Shown here: positions 1 to 12,076 of the stretch, in pieces
Position numbering within the stretch: the stretch's first letter is position 1
How the letters are laid out: each line of letters starts with the position of its first letter
Origin: Cyanidioschyzon merolae
Taxonomy: Eukaryota
Strand: one strand, 5' to 3'
Assembly: GCA_000091205.1 (NCBI GenBank)
Contig: AP006492.2
Length of the DNA: 64,000 nucleotides
The notes under the pieces: generated by a model
What the model was told of the DNA's origin: nothing
Database searches by the model: none
The model's input: the letters and a program-made list of their open reading frames with translations, nothing else
Translations under genes and position numbers: made by a program

Positions 1-602
1 CGCGCTACGCGCCGCGGTTCAACCCCGTCGAAGGAGCCTTTTCGATCGTGAAACGTAATGATAGCTCCACTGGGCGAATTGCTGAAACATTCAGTAAACG
101 TAAGGTACATGAGCACATATTGATTTCCTTCCACAAGTCCTGCTCGCTTCGGGAAGGTACTCATAAAACGACATTAAGATGCGCATTCATTTTTGAAGCA
201 AAAAATCCAAGGGATAGGTATGGACGTGCAAGTTGGAGATCCTGGAGGCTCGATGTGTCGCCGCCTACCGGGAAAAGCGACAAAATTCCCTTCTCGCCTC
301 CCATCGAGGGAAGAAGAGCAGTTAACCAAGTAGATAATGATTGGGGATAGCCAAGAAAAGGTGTTTTCGCCCGGCAGTACGTTGGCGAGACTCTAGTCGC
401 ACTAAGCGCACGAGTTCTAGGAATCCTTGGAACGGTTCGTGCAAGTAGAGGCAATAAACGCATCGAGTTCGTGAACCGAAACTCCAACGCCGCCATCCGT
501 ATCAGACGAAATGCGGTGCGAAAGACGAGACCCGAATTGCTGATGGCATCCATGTTTCTGGGGCAGCCTTTCAGGCTCGAAGTGTGCCTGGATCTGAACT
601 GA
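1..602 (+). pseudogene. Fanzor/TnpB-like nuclease, C-terminal fragment (5' end cut by the window edge). It carries a RuvC-III-like motif and an in-frame TAG at 348-350.
   Basis: Frame 3 translates ...FNPVEGAFS...GNKRIEFVNRNSNAAIRIRRNAVRKTRPELL...LEVCLDLN*, ending at the TGA at 600-602. It aligns with the intact copy at 53856..54908 ([31 protein letters not shown]...KVELYEKK). The NAAxxI motif is the TnpB/Fanzor RuvC-III hallmark. A TAG at 348-350 interrupts the frame. The antisense ORF 161..646 is the opposite-strand frame of the same segment. Confidence 0.6.
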
Positions 603-1620
603 AACCGATAGGAGTCGGCTGGTCGCAACAGGCCGGAAGGCGCCAATTCGTGAGCGTATATTTACCCTCCATGGTCGTAGAACGTTTTCCGTTTCACTGA
701 CGATCGATAGGGAGCTCGTACATGCACACAGCAATGCTTGGGACTCCTCCACCTGCCATTAGAACCGAACGACATAGGTTGCTCTGCAACTGCTTCCTTT
801 TCCTCTCTGTTACCCTCGATATGAAATACGCTCAAAAATCATGGACTAAGAGCGCCGTGGCGAGCAGTCCAAGCATGTTGATTGCAGCGTCCAGGTCGCG
901 CTTCTGTGCTCAATCAGGATCTGCGCTATTCATGTCATCCACGGGAGGTACGTGCGATCGCCACCTCACTTGCAGGTTTCATCTTCTTTGTCCACAGCTT
1001 CGGTATGCTGCTTACGACGATGACACCTGCGCGCGGTCGGATGTGCCCGTATTCATATGTATATACATCGGAGATCCCCCGACTTCGACCGCCAGCCTTT
1101 GGCGCGAAAACGCGTGCTGCATCGCTCCGCAAACGCCTGTGACGGGTACCGAAGGCTCCGGTTGATGCCTCCTCGTGCGTTCCTTGCGGCCGGTGTCGCA
1201 CGCCTCCATCAAGCGCTTGTCTGGGGCGATCCGCTCGGCGAGTACGCCGTCCGCTGGACGTGTAGGCGTACGCCGTCGCATTCGAGAGCGCCTCACAAAA
1301 GGCGATGTCGTGCCCGATGGACGGTGCGCACGAGTTGCACAGAAACAGCGATACAGAAAACAAGAAGCATGCGTGATTCGACCATGCCACACACGAGGCA
1401 GAGGAAAAGCCTCGAGACTCTTTTCTACGAACTGAATAATGATACCAGTTGTTTTTGGAACCATCGTTCGAGGGCGTCACGAATCACCCTGACGCGGTTG
1501 ACGGTACGAATTCCAGCGGCAAAGCGTCGATTGCGTCACTCCGAAACCACAATCCGGAATCCTGGAACTGCACATGGATCCGTGAGCCCTTATTGCATCC
1601 ATTTTGGACATCGAGGCTGT
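347..1620 (+). repeat. Dispersed repeat family 'A', copy 1 (about 1.27 kb). Its 5' part overlaps the Fanzor C-terminal fragment. The 3' about 830 bp (787-1620) is shared with copies 2 and 3.
   Basis: Near-identical to 31350..32706 and, from position 787 onward, to 4486..5400. This is visible in the duplicated ORF translations, e.g. ORF 722..1165 vs ORF 4438..4866 vs ORF 31729..32172 with only a few amino-acid differences. No recognisable protein in any frame. Confidence 0.8.
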
Positions 1621-2449
1621 ATATTTATGAAAACTTGCGGAAAAGAAATCGTGATGCAGATACAGAGCGAGTCGTTCAGTGTTCCATTTTAATCTTTGTT
1701 TTCCTTTCGACCATGGAGCCTCGTGCGCACCCAGCGGCACGCGCGTTGATGACGCCGGATCGATTCACTGTATCAGGGCCTCGTGGAAAAGCGAGCGCTA
1801 CCCGAAAACAAGTGAGGGATCTCGTCCGCTCAAGAGGTGCTACCAGTTTCGACTAATCCAAAAAAGGCACTGCTGCAACAGTCGAGGCTTTATCCAGCGA
1901 ATCTCCGGGTGCCGATCCGACCGTAATGCTTCGTGTCAGTCCAAAGCAGCCAATCAGGATCCTCCGGAGGCGATTCCACTTTCCACGAGCCCTCGGCCAA
2001 CGACCTCATCGAGGTAAGGAGTCTGGTCGATCGAGCGCCATGAGTCGTCCTCTATGGGCCGAGTATACAGCAGACGCTTCCTGAGACGCTGGATGCCCGC
2101 CACTGCCGCTGCCGCTGCCGCTGCCGCAATGGTCGTGGTCGTGGTCTACGTTCTGAGAGACAGCGGCCTTGCGACGCCCCGCGCACGTCGGCTTGAAGCG
2201 CAACAATGCCTGGCACGAAGCAAGGAACGCTCTTGGGTCCCGGCTCTAACACCAGCTTGCGTAGCCAAGCCTGCCGACGGTGCGGAACAACCCGCTGGAG
2301 GAACTCGGCAAACCGAAGCCAGCTCGCCGGCTCGGCGCTCCCGTCAGGTTCGTGCAAGTGTGCGCTCCGTGGCAGCCGCGTCCATCGTATAGCGCTCCTG
2401 CATTGCAACAGCGCCCGGAACGTGGTTTTCTGAGACGCACACCATAGGC

Positions 2450-2790
2450 CCGCGCGCACATGCGATGTGCATGCGGATCGCGCGCCTCTGGGCAGCAGCA
2501 TTGCAGCAGCGGTCAGAGCGTGATCCAGTGGTATATTCTGGCAGCGCGCGCACATGCGATGTGCATGCGGATCGCGCGCCTCTGGGCAGCAGCATTGCAG
2601 CAGCGGTCAGAGCGTGATCCAGTGGTATATTCTGGCAGCGCGCGCACATGCGATGTGCATGCGGATCGCGCGCCTCTGGGCAGCAGCATTGCAGCAGCGG
2701 TCAGAGCGTGATTCCATGACACTCACCACAGATGCGCGTACAGCCGATGTGCATGCGGATCGCGCGCCTCCGTGCAACGTGTACGTTCAT
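2450..2790. repeat. Tandem repeat, 94-bp unit x about 3.3, upstream of GAPDH.
   Basis: cacatgcgat recurs at 2457, 2551 and 2645 (period 94). The unit is gcgcgcacatgcgatgtgcatgcggatcgcgcgcctctgggcagcagcattgcagcagcggtcagagcgtgatccagtggtatattctggca. ORFs 2460..2711 and 2554..2850 share an identical N-terminal 53 aa because of the repeat. Confidence 0.85.
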
Positions 2791-3018
2791 CGCTTTCGCG
2801 TATCGAGGAGGCGCCTTGGCAGTGCGCTGCCCGATGCGCCCACGAGGTGATGCAGTACCTCCACAGCTGATACGGCCCGCGTTGGTGATGCGGACGACGC
2901 ACCCTGCTCACAACGAGCCGCCGATACAACTCCGTCAATTGCATTGGTGTTGCTCACGAGCGAAATCAGTGCTTTCTTGCACGTTTTGCGCCCATCGGTA
3001 GAAACGTTCGTTTAGTAG

Positions 3019-4059
<1,041 letters not shown>

Positions 4060-4444
4060 GCGATGGAGATCACGATCAGTATCTGGACGGCGGTAGGAAC
4101 GTTCTTCAAATCTCGGTAAAATACGACGGACCATGCAGAGCGTTCCATTGCATTTCGAAGGTTCAGTCATCGATGTGCCTGCCAAATGTTTTTCTCGGGC
4201 CTGGTTACCCAATCCGACACTGGAAAAGCGTTGCCAGGGTCTCGCACTTCGGGCCTCGAGCCCGCCAGCGAGCCATCGACGTAATCCGAAGATGCTTTCG
4301 GATCGAGTCGAATGGGTGCCCGCGTTCGGTGCTGCTCGATGCCTCAGTGTACTCATGGCAACGTCGTCTTGGATATACTCGTGTCCGACCAGAATGGTAC
4401 GAGGTTGCTCGTTTAGAACGGGCATACGCACGAACGTTTGCGTC

Positions 4445-5400
4445 TGTTTCCACCGTCACAAGCACCAGTTCTTGCTGGTATTTTCTGCAACTGCTTCCTT
4501 TTCCTCTCTGTTACCCTCGATATGAAATACGCTCAAAAATCATGGACTAAGAGCGCCGTGGCGAGCAGTCCAAGCACGTTGATTGCAGCGTCCAGGTCGC
4601 GCTTCTGTGCTCAATCAGGATCTGCGCTATTCATGTCATCCACGGGAGGTACGTGCGATCGCCACCTCACTTGCAGGTTTCATCTTCTTTGTCCACAGCT
4701 TCGGTATGCTGCTTACGACGATGACACCTGCGCGCGGTCGGATGTGCCCGTATTCATATGTATATACATCGGAGATCCCCCGACTTCGACCGCCAGCCTT
4801 TGGCGCGAAAACGCGTGCTGCATCGCTCCGCAAACGCCTGTGACGGGTACCGAAGGCTCCGGTTGATGCCTCCTCGTGCGTTCCTTGCGGCCGGTGTCGC
4901 ACGCCTCCATCAAGCGCTTGTCTGGGGCGATCCGCTCGGCGAGTACGCCGTCCGCTGGACGTGTAGGCGTACGCCGTCGCATTCGAGAGCGCCTCACAAA
5001 AGGCGATGTCGTGCCCGATGGACGGTGCGCACGAGTTGCACAGAAACAGCGATACAGAAAACAAGAAGCATGCGTGATTCGACCATGCCACACACGAGGC
5101 AGAGGAAAAGCCTCGAGACTCTTTTCTACGAACTGAATAATGATACCAGTTGTTTTTGGAACCATCGTTCGAGGGCGTCACGAATCACCCTGACGCGGTT
5201 GACGGTACGAATTCCAGCGGCAAAGCGTCGATTGCGTCACTCCGAAACCACAATCCGGAATCCTGGAACTGCACATGGATCCGTGAGCCCTTATTGCATC
5301 CATTTGGACATCGATCTGTACATCTAAAGAGCGTTCGGGAAACTAATCGAAAAGCAGGATGCGAGTAAGCAATTCGGTGCTCCATCTTCATATGAAGCGA
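4445..5400 (+). repeat. Dispersed repeat family 'A', copy 2 (5'-truncated relative to copies 1 and 3).
   Basis: 4486..5300 is near-identical to 787..1612 and 31795..32610. ORF 4438..4866 vs 722..1165 differ at a few residues. The 3' end extends about 90 bp further than copy 1 and is shared with copy 3 up to ...catatgaagcga (5400 / 32706). Confidence 0.8.
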
Positions 5401-6536
5401 CTCAAGCCCTGCAGGTTCAATCGATGTCTCTGCTCGCGGAGGCTCACTGACGGATTCGCCACAAGCCATCAGAAACCAGACGACTTTGTTCAGTGCTAGA
5501 ATAACGTTGTCCTGGTACTAGCAGTCGCGAACCTCCTGGTTTTCTTCTAGCGGCATTCCCAGTTGTTTGCTCTATGCGTTGTGTGCACGGGTGCTCGCCA
5601 GAGCCCGCATTCGTTATCTTTTTGGAGCATATTTGCTTCTCAGGACATGCTCGAGTTGCAGCCCTCGCGCCAATACCTCCCTGCATTCGATACACGTATT
5701 CGAAAGGCTCGCGGTGCTGGCGACCGCGCTTCCGTGCTGGACGGTGAACCGGACAACCCGCGTGCCTACCGCGCTGCACCAAAGGTGCGAACCCTCGGAC
5801 CCAGTGGTACTACAGAAGACGTTTCAGGCTGGTTCTCGAAGAGCCCCAGCCTTCACAGCTCCCGGACGGGGCAGCAGCACGTGCCCGACGCGTGAACGTC
5901 AACGCTGGACGCAGACAGAGTCTGGGGTGCGCAGAGGTCCTCGGCGCTGGACACTGCTTCCCCTGCGCGTTTCCGTCCGCAACGTTTCCATTTTCCCGCG
6001 CCCAGTTCGCGACAACGAAGCCTTCGATGTTTGCGTGCGCCTGGACACGGCCACTTTGGTGCGTCGAGCAGTGCGCAAGCTCACCAAGTGTCTGTGCAAT
6101 CGGTGCTACTGCACCGACGCCACCACGCAATAACGAGTACAACCGTGCCTGTCTCGAAATCGCTCGCTCTTGCAGCACGCGATGCTGTGAGGTCTAGCGT
6201 CTACGATCGCTAGCGTTGAAGCGCGTTCGATGGGTCCTTTCTTATCGACCTGTTGTTGACAAGAGCCGCGAAGGATGCTCTCGTCAGCACGCACTGAATA
6301 CCAGCAGCAGAATAGGACGTTTCCTGGCGTGTCCATCAATGTCGTATCAGCAGCGCGTGCCTCGATAGCCCAGTGGCAGCGGCGACGGCGGCGGCAGCAG
6401 CAGCGATGCCCTTCTTGACCTCGCAGCACTGCACAGAAAGGCACTGACGTGTCGAGGAGGTCGCCAACGGAGCGATAACAACGCTGACCTGGGTTGGGCG
6501 CTCGAGGACGGAGTTTACTGGTCCCTGGAGGTTCTC

Positions 6537-9083
6537 ATGGCGCGTAAGCACAAGGTTGGAAAACACCGACTGGACAGGTACTACCACCTGGCGAAGGAGC
6601 ACGGCTACCGCTCCCGAGCAGCCTTCAAACTGCTTCAGCTGAACCGACGGCATGGTTTTCTTGGCCGCGCTTCCCGTGGTGTCGTGGACCTGTGTGCGGC
6701 TCCTGGCGGTTGGATGCAGGTGTGTCGTCAGCACATGCCCGTTGCGGCGCCGTGTATTGGTGTTGATCTCGTTCCGATCGCTCCTATTCGCAACTGCACG
6801 ACTATTGTCGCTGACATCACTTCCGAAAAGTGTGTGCGGTTGATAAGAAATGCACTCACTTCCTTTGGCGAGGTGCTTGATCCAAGCGGCCGCGTGGCAA
6901 CTGGTGATCTCGGTGTGGACGTAGTGCTCAGCGACGCCTCTCCAAATATGGGCACCGCTTGGCTACAAGACGCCTATAACCAGGTGGAACTGACGCTCCA
7001 CGCCTTGCGGATTGCGAGCACGCTTCTCCAGAGAGGCGGCTGGTTTGTGAGCAAACTCTTCCGTAGCGCTGACTCGGAAGCCTTTCTGCTCGTTGCGCGT
7101 CGTCTCTTTCAGCGAGTATACGTTACCAAGCCACCGGCTAGCAGGCAACAGTCTGCGGAGATCTACGTCGTCTGTAAGAGCTATTTGGCTCCAGCGCGGC
7201 TCGAGGCGAACCTATTCGATCCTCGGCAGGTTTTTCGGGAGTCGACGTCTCATGCGAATGCAGTGGCTGACGTAGCTTCCCCGGATGATGCTCGTCAACG
7301 GCAGCAGTTGCAAAGCAAGGACAGAAAGTTTCGCCGCCAGCTCCTCTCTGGACGCCGATCGGCCGTGCCCGACGATGTCGAGGCCATCAACGGCACAACC
7401 AAGTATAGGACCTGTTCGCTGAGAACATTTTTAGAGTCGTCATTTCCGGGGATAGTACTAAGTACCCATAATTCGATTGAAATTATTGAAGAAGACGCGC
7501 TGCCTGAACCTGTTCGCCTTCTAGTCAACGCTGAAATCAGAGCGCTTTGCAAAGATCTCGGAGTCTGTGGACCGAAAGATTTTCGCCGCCTCTTCAAGTT
7601 CTGGGAAACTTCCCGCCGCGTCCTGTTTTGTGCGGAAAAGAGCCAGAAGCAAGCAGGTAGTACTGTCCCCGAATCTGGCGTTTCGGAAGAGCCGATGGTG
7701 GATCGGTCCGCGGCATCGTCTACGATGGCATCCACTACGGGGCGAGAGAAGCGTTTGGAGGCCAAGGCCGCTCGAGAGCGTGCTCGAAAGCTCGAGCGCC
7801 AGAGGCAACGCGGGGCTCATCTCGATGCGAACGCCAACGTCGATGAGGACACAGGTTTCTCGAATCTGTTTTCGTTGCGTGAAGCGCGTGCTGCAATGCA
7901 AACGGGGTATTTTGAGGAAGTTGAAACGAGTGCATTGGAATCCAGCGCACTGGATTCAGAACAAGATGGAGCAGACGCGAGCGAAGAAAGTGGCTCTGAC
8001 GCTGCCGGTGCACACAGCGAAAGCTTTGTAGACGATCAGACGATGTCCAGTGATGACGATGGTCATGGTCAGGATGCGTCCGTGAATCTGAATATGTCCG
8101 CAGATGAGCCAATCCAGAGTGACAGTGATGTCGACCTGGACAATGAAATCCAAAACGCACAGCAGCTGGTTTTAGAGGACGACCCCAATATTCCGACGCA
8201 GCTCAAAGCTGGAGCCCAGCGCTGGCTCCATAGGCTCGGCATTCGCTCACTGGACGCGTTGCAGATTCCTGATGCCGCAGATCTCCTCCAGGCATCAGTT
8301 CTGGAAGCAGAAAATGCGAGCATGCTCACTGACGCGCACTTGTCGGACTCGTCGACATCGTCGTCGTCGTCGACATCGTCGAGCGAGCCGGCAGAAGGAC
8401 ATGGTTACCTGGGGAACACACCCGCCGCCACGCACGACCAGCACCAATCGACAGTAACCCGGGAAGATGCCATCAGTGCCGATGCAGGTACCAATACAAA
8501 CAAGATTCGACAGCTGCTGGGTACCATGGACGAGCGCACACGAGCAGAGCTGCGCACGATCGCGCGTCACTACATGCTTCGACGTTCGGGTCGCGAGGCG
8601 CTCATCGATTCTACCTACCATCGTCATGCGTTTGACGATCCCGAGAGTCTCCCGCAATGGTTTCTTGCGGATGAGCAACGTGCACGAAAAGCACCGCAAA
8701 TCGTCGACCCCGCCGAGGTCGACGCTGCAATTGCGCAGCTGGGGGCGCCCTTTGAACACCTACCAAAGCGCGTTCGGGAAGCCCGGCAGCGACGGCAGGC
8801 ACGCCTCCAGCGGCGACTTGAGGCCGCTCGAGAGCGTGCCGAGGCCATCGCTCGTGCGCCGGAGATGAATACGGCGAGCAAAATACAGCAAGTTGCACGT
8901 GTGATGCGTCGAGCACGCGCTCAGAGACGACAGCGGCCAGTGCTTGCGGTTCTGCAGGGCAATCGCGCGGTGCCGCTAGCTGGCGGCCATCAGAAACCCA
9001 AGTCACGGGGGCGCGTCCGATACAAACTCGTTGACCGTCGACTCAAGGCCGACCTGCGTGGACGACGCAAAGCGCGCCGCTAA
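6537..9083 (+). CDS. SPB1: AdoMet-dependent rRNA 2'-O-methyltransferase Spb1/FtsJ3.
   Basis: N-terminus MARKHKVGKHRLDRYYHLAKEHGYRSRAAFKLLQLN...VVDLCAAPGGW is the FtsJ/RrmJ methyltransferase fold. It has the long acidic and basic C-terminal extension typical of nucleolar Spb1 and an Spb1 C-terminal domain (KKAPQIVDPAEVDA..). 848 aa. Confidence 0.9.
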   Translation: MARKHKVGKHRLDRYYHLAKEHGYRSRAAFKLLQLNRRHGFLGRASRGVVDLCAAPGGWMQVCRQHMPVAAPCIGVDLVPIAPIRNCTTIVADITSEKCVRLIRNALTSFGEVLDPSGRVATGDLGVDVVLSDASPNMGTAWLQDAYNQVELTLHALRIASTLLQRGGWFVSKLFRSADSEAFLLVARRLFQRVYVTKPPASRQQSAEIYVVCKSYLAPARLEANLFDPRQVFRESTSHANAVADVASPDDARQRQQLQSKDRKFRRQLLSGRRSAVPDDVEAINGTTKYRTCSLRTFLESSFPGIVLSTHNSIEIIEEDALPEPVRLLVNAEIRALCKDLGVCGPKDFRRLFKFWETSRRVLFCAEKSQKQAGSTVPESGVSEEPMVDRSAASSTMASTTGREKRLEAKAARERARKLERQRQRGAHLDANANVDEDTGFSNLFSLREARAAMQTGYFEEVETSALESSALDSEQDGADASEESGSDAAGAHSESFVDDQTMSSDDDGHGQDASVNLNMSADEPIQSDSDVDLDNEIQNAQQLVLEDDPNIPTQLKAGAQRWLHRLGIRSLDALQIPDAADLLQASVLEAENASMLTDAHLSDSSTSSSSSTSSSEPAEGHGYLGNTPAATHDQHQSTVTREDAISADAGTNTNKIRQLLGTMDERTRAELRTIARHYMLRRSGREALIDSTYHRHAFDDPESLPQWFLADEQRARKAPQIVDPAEVDAAIAQLGAPFEHLPKRVREARQRRQARLQRRLEAARERAEAIARAPEMNTASKIQQVARVMRRARAQRRQRPVLAVLQGNRAVPLAGGHQKPKSRGRVRYKLVDRRLKADLRGRRKARR

Positions 9084-9904
9084 TGCGACACAGCAGGCTT
9101 CCAGACTCTGTATCTTGTCCACGGAGCGTTGACAGCGCCCAGCGTTTCCGTGTGTGTGTGTGTGCGCGCGCGCTGTGATGCACGGCGCACCAGGTCAGCG
9201 CCAGCAGCATGAAAGGCGGTGCGCTGCGCAAATTACCGGCTTCGAAGCCGCCTACAGGTACCCGTAAACCGCTCTCCCGTGTGCTGTTGCACGGATGGTA
9301 GGCGCGCTGGCACAGGCGCTGAACTTCCCTGCACAACATCCCGCAAACCTGATGCGTATTCGAGTCCAGCTCTTTTGCGCCCAGCCGTCATTCGTATATT
9401 CCGAGTAAATCTGCGCGTTGGAAACCGACGATAGGGCCCACGCACCATCACCAAGCGAAGACCCGGTGCTTAGCATTCGTTCTAGCTACTGAGCTGGTCG
9501 AAGGCATCGTGCCGCGAAAGCATGCCGGCAATCGCAGACTCTCCGTACACAACGCGACGATACCGAGTCCCAATCTTACGCGTCGGTTCAATGACGCGTC
9601 GAAGAGAACCTCACGATGCGACCGCGAAGCGTTGCTATCTCCGGGCTGCATCCGCTCTGGCGCTACAGGCGCTATAGCGGACGCTCATAGCTACTCGATG
9701 CCTGGTGGAACGAACGACATGATCAGAATCTCCGAGGGAACGTATGGGTTACGGGCCTTGACTGAAGATAGAGCAATGGACATATTCCCCGGTGCGGATA
9801 TCAAGCACGCCAATGAGCATCTGGAGTCCGCATAAACACTCTATCAGACGCAATGCGCTCACGCTGGTCAAAATATCATTAGCCGAGCATCAGGCAGTCG
9901 CACG

Positions 9905-10155
9905 GACACCGCCCCCGATGCAGAGCAGCGCAATGTAGAGCAGAGCAATACAGAGCAGAGCAATACAGAGCAAACCAATGCAGAGCAAACCAATGCAGAG
10001 CAAAGCAATGCAGAGCAGAGCAATGCAGAGCAAAGCAATGCAGAGCAAAGCAATGCAGAGCAATCCAATGCAGAGCAGAGCAATGCAGAGCAAACCAATG
10101 CAGAGCAGAGCAATGCAGAGCAGAGCAATGCAGAGCAGAGCAATACAGAGCAGCG
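9905..10155. repeat. Minisatellite, 15-bp unit (caatgcagagcagag and variants) x about 17.
   Basis: Direct tandem repetition visible in the sequence. All six frames are open across it, giving (MQSKA)n and (LLCSA)n pseudo-peptides. Confidence 0.9.
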
Positions 10156-10283
10156 CGCCGCCGCAACGCGGCGCACCAGTCGGCTTCAATTATTCTACAT
10201 CTGCGACTTGCTGAAGCGCACGTAAGAGCCCTGCCTCGGTCACCTATGGAGGACGTGACGCGACAAGAATCGCACGATCTCAT

Positions 10284-11633
10284 TTGATTCAGGGGAGTAA
10301 TTGTTACAGGGAAATATCTTTACCGACTGTAGGAAATAGTGAGCACGGAATGTGGAGACCGATCACCAGCAGGCAGCTCAGCGTGCTCTGCTGGCGACTC
10401 GGCAGCACGGCGTTGACGCGAACGTCAGCCGCTCGTGTCAACGCCGGGCGACGAAGACCCAATGAGTTGCGCCCCTTGTTGCGAAGACCGTGCACCTCGG
10501 AAACCTCAACAAGCGCCAAGCCGGTTTCAGCCACTGCGCGCACAAGCGCAGCGCCCGAGCCGCGCACCACCGAGTCCGCGTCAACAGCCGAGGTCGACCA
10601 GCACACCTCGTCGTCGTCGGTAGCAGAGGCAGCACCCGAGGCGGTCCAGGCGTACCGTCCGGGGGATCGCCGACCCGGCTGGGCCGGGTTCTTCCGAGGC
10701 CTCTTTGGCGGCACCCAGGCGGCGATCGAGGATACGCTCGCAGCGGAAGCTCGGAGGCGCGGCCAACTCAACGACGCAGAGCCCGTGCGAGCCAGCGTAC
10801 AGCGTGCTCATCGCTCGCGATCAGCAGCCACCTCTCACGCAACGTCTACGGCGTCGGCAGCGAACCGCGAAGCTGGCACCGCACTGGTACCCCAGGGGCG
10901 CGTTCGGTCGCACGACGATGACGCTCAAGGCGATGCATCCACAACAACAGGCTATGCGTCCGTGCTGAACCGAATCTTTTCGCGGTTTGCGGGTTCACCG
11001 TTTATGCGATCAGTGCTGGAGGCTAAAGAGCGCGTCAGCGAGCGTCTGGATGAGAGTGATCATCCAGTGGTGAACGTCTTTCGAACGATTCACGACCGCT
11101 TCTTCGCGGAGAATGAAATGGCACAAGTCATTGGAGCGATTCGGACCCTTGATCCCAAGTTTACCATATCTCGTTTCCTTGTAGATATCGAGAGTCGTCT
11201 GATTCCAACCGTTCTTGGAGCGTATCTTGCCGGTGACCTGGAGACATTGCAAGAGCACTGCACTGAAGAGGCGTTCGCTATGATGGCTGCAAGCATCCAC
11301 GAACGGCGCCTCAGCGGCATCGTCATGGACACGCGCATTCTGGACCTGGACCACGTCGAGCTGGTAACCGGTAGGTTCCTCGACGAAGAACCCGTGCTTA
11401 TCGTACAGTTCACCACGCAGCAAATCCATTGCCTCCGGGACCTCCACGGTGAGGTTATTGAGGGTGCGCCCGATAACATCCGCGCCGTGTACTACGTGTG
11501 GGCACTGTGCCCGGCGTTCGCGGGAGAGCCCGCCGCCTCTGCCGCCGCCGCCGCCGCCGCTGAAGACACGACATTCACCCCGACGTGGCGTCTCATGGAG
11601 ATGGTCGTTCGTGGGGCACACGCAACCATATAA
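10284..11633 (+). CDS. TIM44: Mitochondrial import inner-membrane translocase subunit Tim44.
   Basis: The C-terminal 200 aa (MRSVLEAKERV...FLVDIESRLIPTVLGAYLAGDLETLQEHCTEEAFAMMAASIHERRLSGIVMDTRILDLDHVEL...VYYVWAL) matches the Tim44 C-terminal domain. The N-terminus looks like a presequence (Arg/Ser-rich). A poly-Ala (GCC)n stretch lies near the C-terminus. The start codon is uncertain. Confidence 0.75.
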   Translation: MIQGSNCYREISLPTVGNSEHGMWRPITSRQLSVLCWRLGSTALTRTSAARVNAGRRRPNELRPLLRRPCTSETSTSAKPVSATARTSAAPEPRTTESASTAEVDQHTSSSSVAEAAPEAVQAYRPGDRRPGWAGFFRGLFGGTQAAIEDTLAAEARRRGQLNDAEPVRASVQRAHRSRSAATSHATSTASAANREAGTALVPQGRVRSHDDDAQGDASTTTGYASVLNRIFSRFAGSPFMRSVLEAKERVSERLDESDHPVVNVFRTIHDRFFAENEMAQVIGAIRTLDPKFTISRFLVDIESRLIPTVLGAYLAGDLETLQEHCTEEAFAMMAASIHERRLSGIVMDTRILDLDHVELVTGRFLDEEPVLIVQFTTQQIHCLRDLHGEVIEGAPDNIRAVYYVWALCPAFAGEPAASAAAAAAAEDTTFTPTWRLMEMVVRGAHATI

Positions 11634-12076
11634 ACGCGCCCTGACCTAAGACGACGTCGACGCTTTGCGCGCAGCCTCGAGCCCCTTGTAATAGTTATCG
11701 ATCGTCTCTCGCCAGGCTTCGTGGTAAGCGCGCCACCCGAGACCAGCGATGGTGCCGAGCAACAACCCAATGCCGATCTCGCGCGCGGTGTTTACCCGAA
11801 CTGTAGGAACACGTGGCGGTTTCATGGAATCTACACTAAGTATAGGCTATCCAGTGATAAAGCGAGCGACAAGTGAAGCGTGTTCGTCCTGTTGCCAACG
11901 AGGCACAATGCACCGTACGCGCAGTCCAACAACGCGATGCTCGCAGAACGGCGATGCGCGCGCTCGCGACATCGTGCGTGCGCACGCCGAGGTGCGCGCG
12001 CCGCTTCATCGCCTGGCAGCCGCATGCGGCGCGTCCGATGAGTCGCGCTGGAAGCGAAGCAGTAGCCGCTGGACTA

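Noticed and set aside
722-1692. Multiple overlapping ORFs inside repeat family A (722..1165, 935..1480, 1057..1692 and their duplicates) as a possible transposase or cargo gene.
   Set aside because: Both strands and several frames are open at once. No recognisable catalytic motifs (DDE, HUH, YR, RT). Conservation between copies is at the nucleotide level. This is probably non-coding repeat sequence, though an unrecognised protein cannot be excluded.
5400-6500. A gene between repeat-A copy 2 and SPB1 (several 100-190-aa ORFs on both strands).
   Set aside because: No ORF carries a recognisable domain. The ORFs overlap each other on both strands. This is most likely intergenic or promoter sequence.
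9868-10283. Overlapping Cys/Leu-rich and MQSKA-repeat ORFs (e.g. 9890..10189, 9978..10214) as candidate repeat proteins.
   Set aside because: All six frames are open only because of the 15-bp tandem repeat. There are no flanking coding features. This is an artefact of repeat periodicity.
11520-11570. The (GCC)n triplet repeat as a standalone feature.
   Set aside because: It lies inside the TIM44 coding sequence and encodes a poly-Ala tract. It is part of the CDS.
11010-11621. Long antisense ORFs inside confirmed genes (e.g. 11010..11621 in TIM44, 20180..20761 and 21758..22552 in mtRNAP, 51946..52620 in PGM).
   Set aside because: High GC content yields long spurious ORFs opposite real genes. 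The sense-strand proteins carry clear family motifs and the antisense ones carry none.
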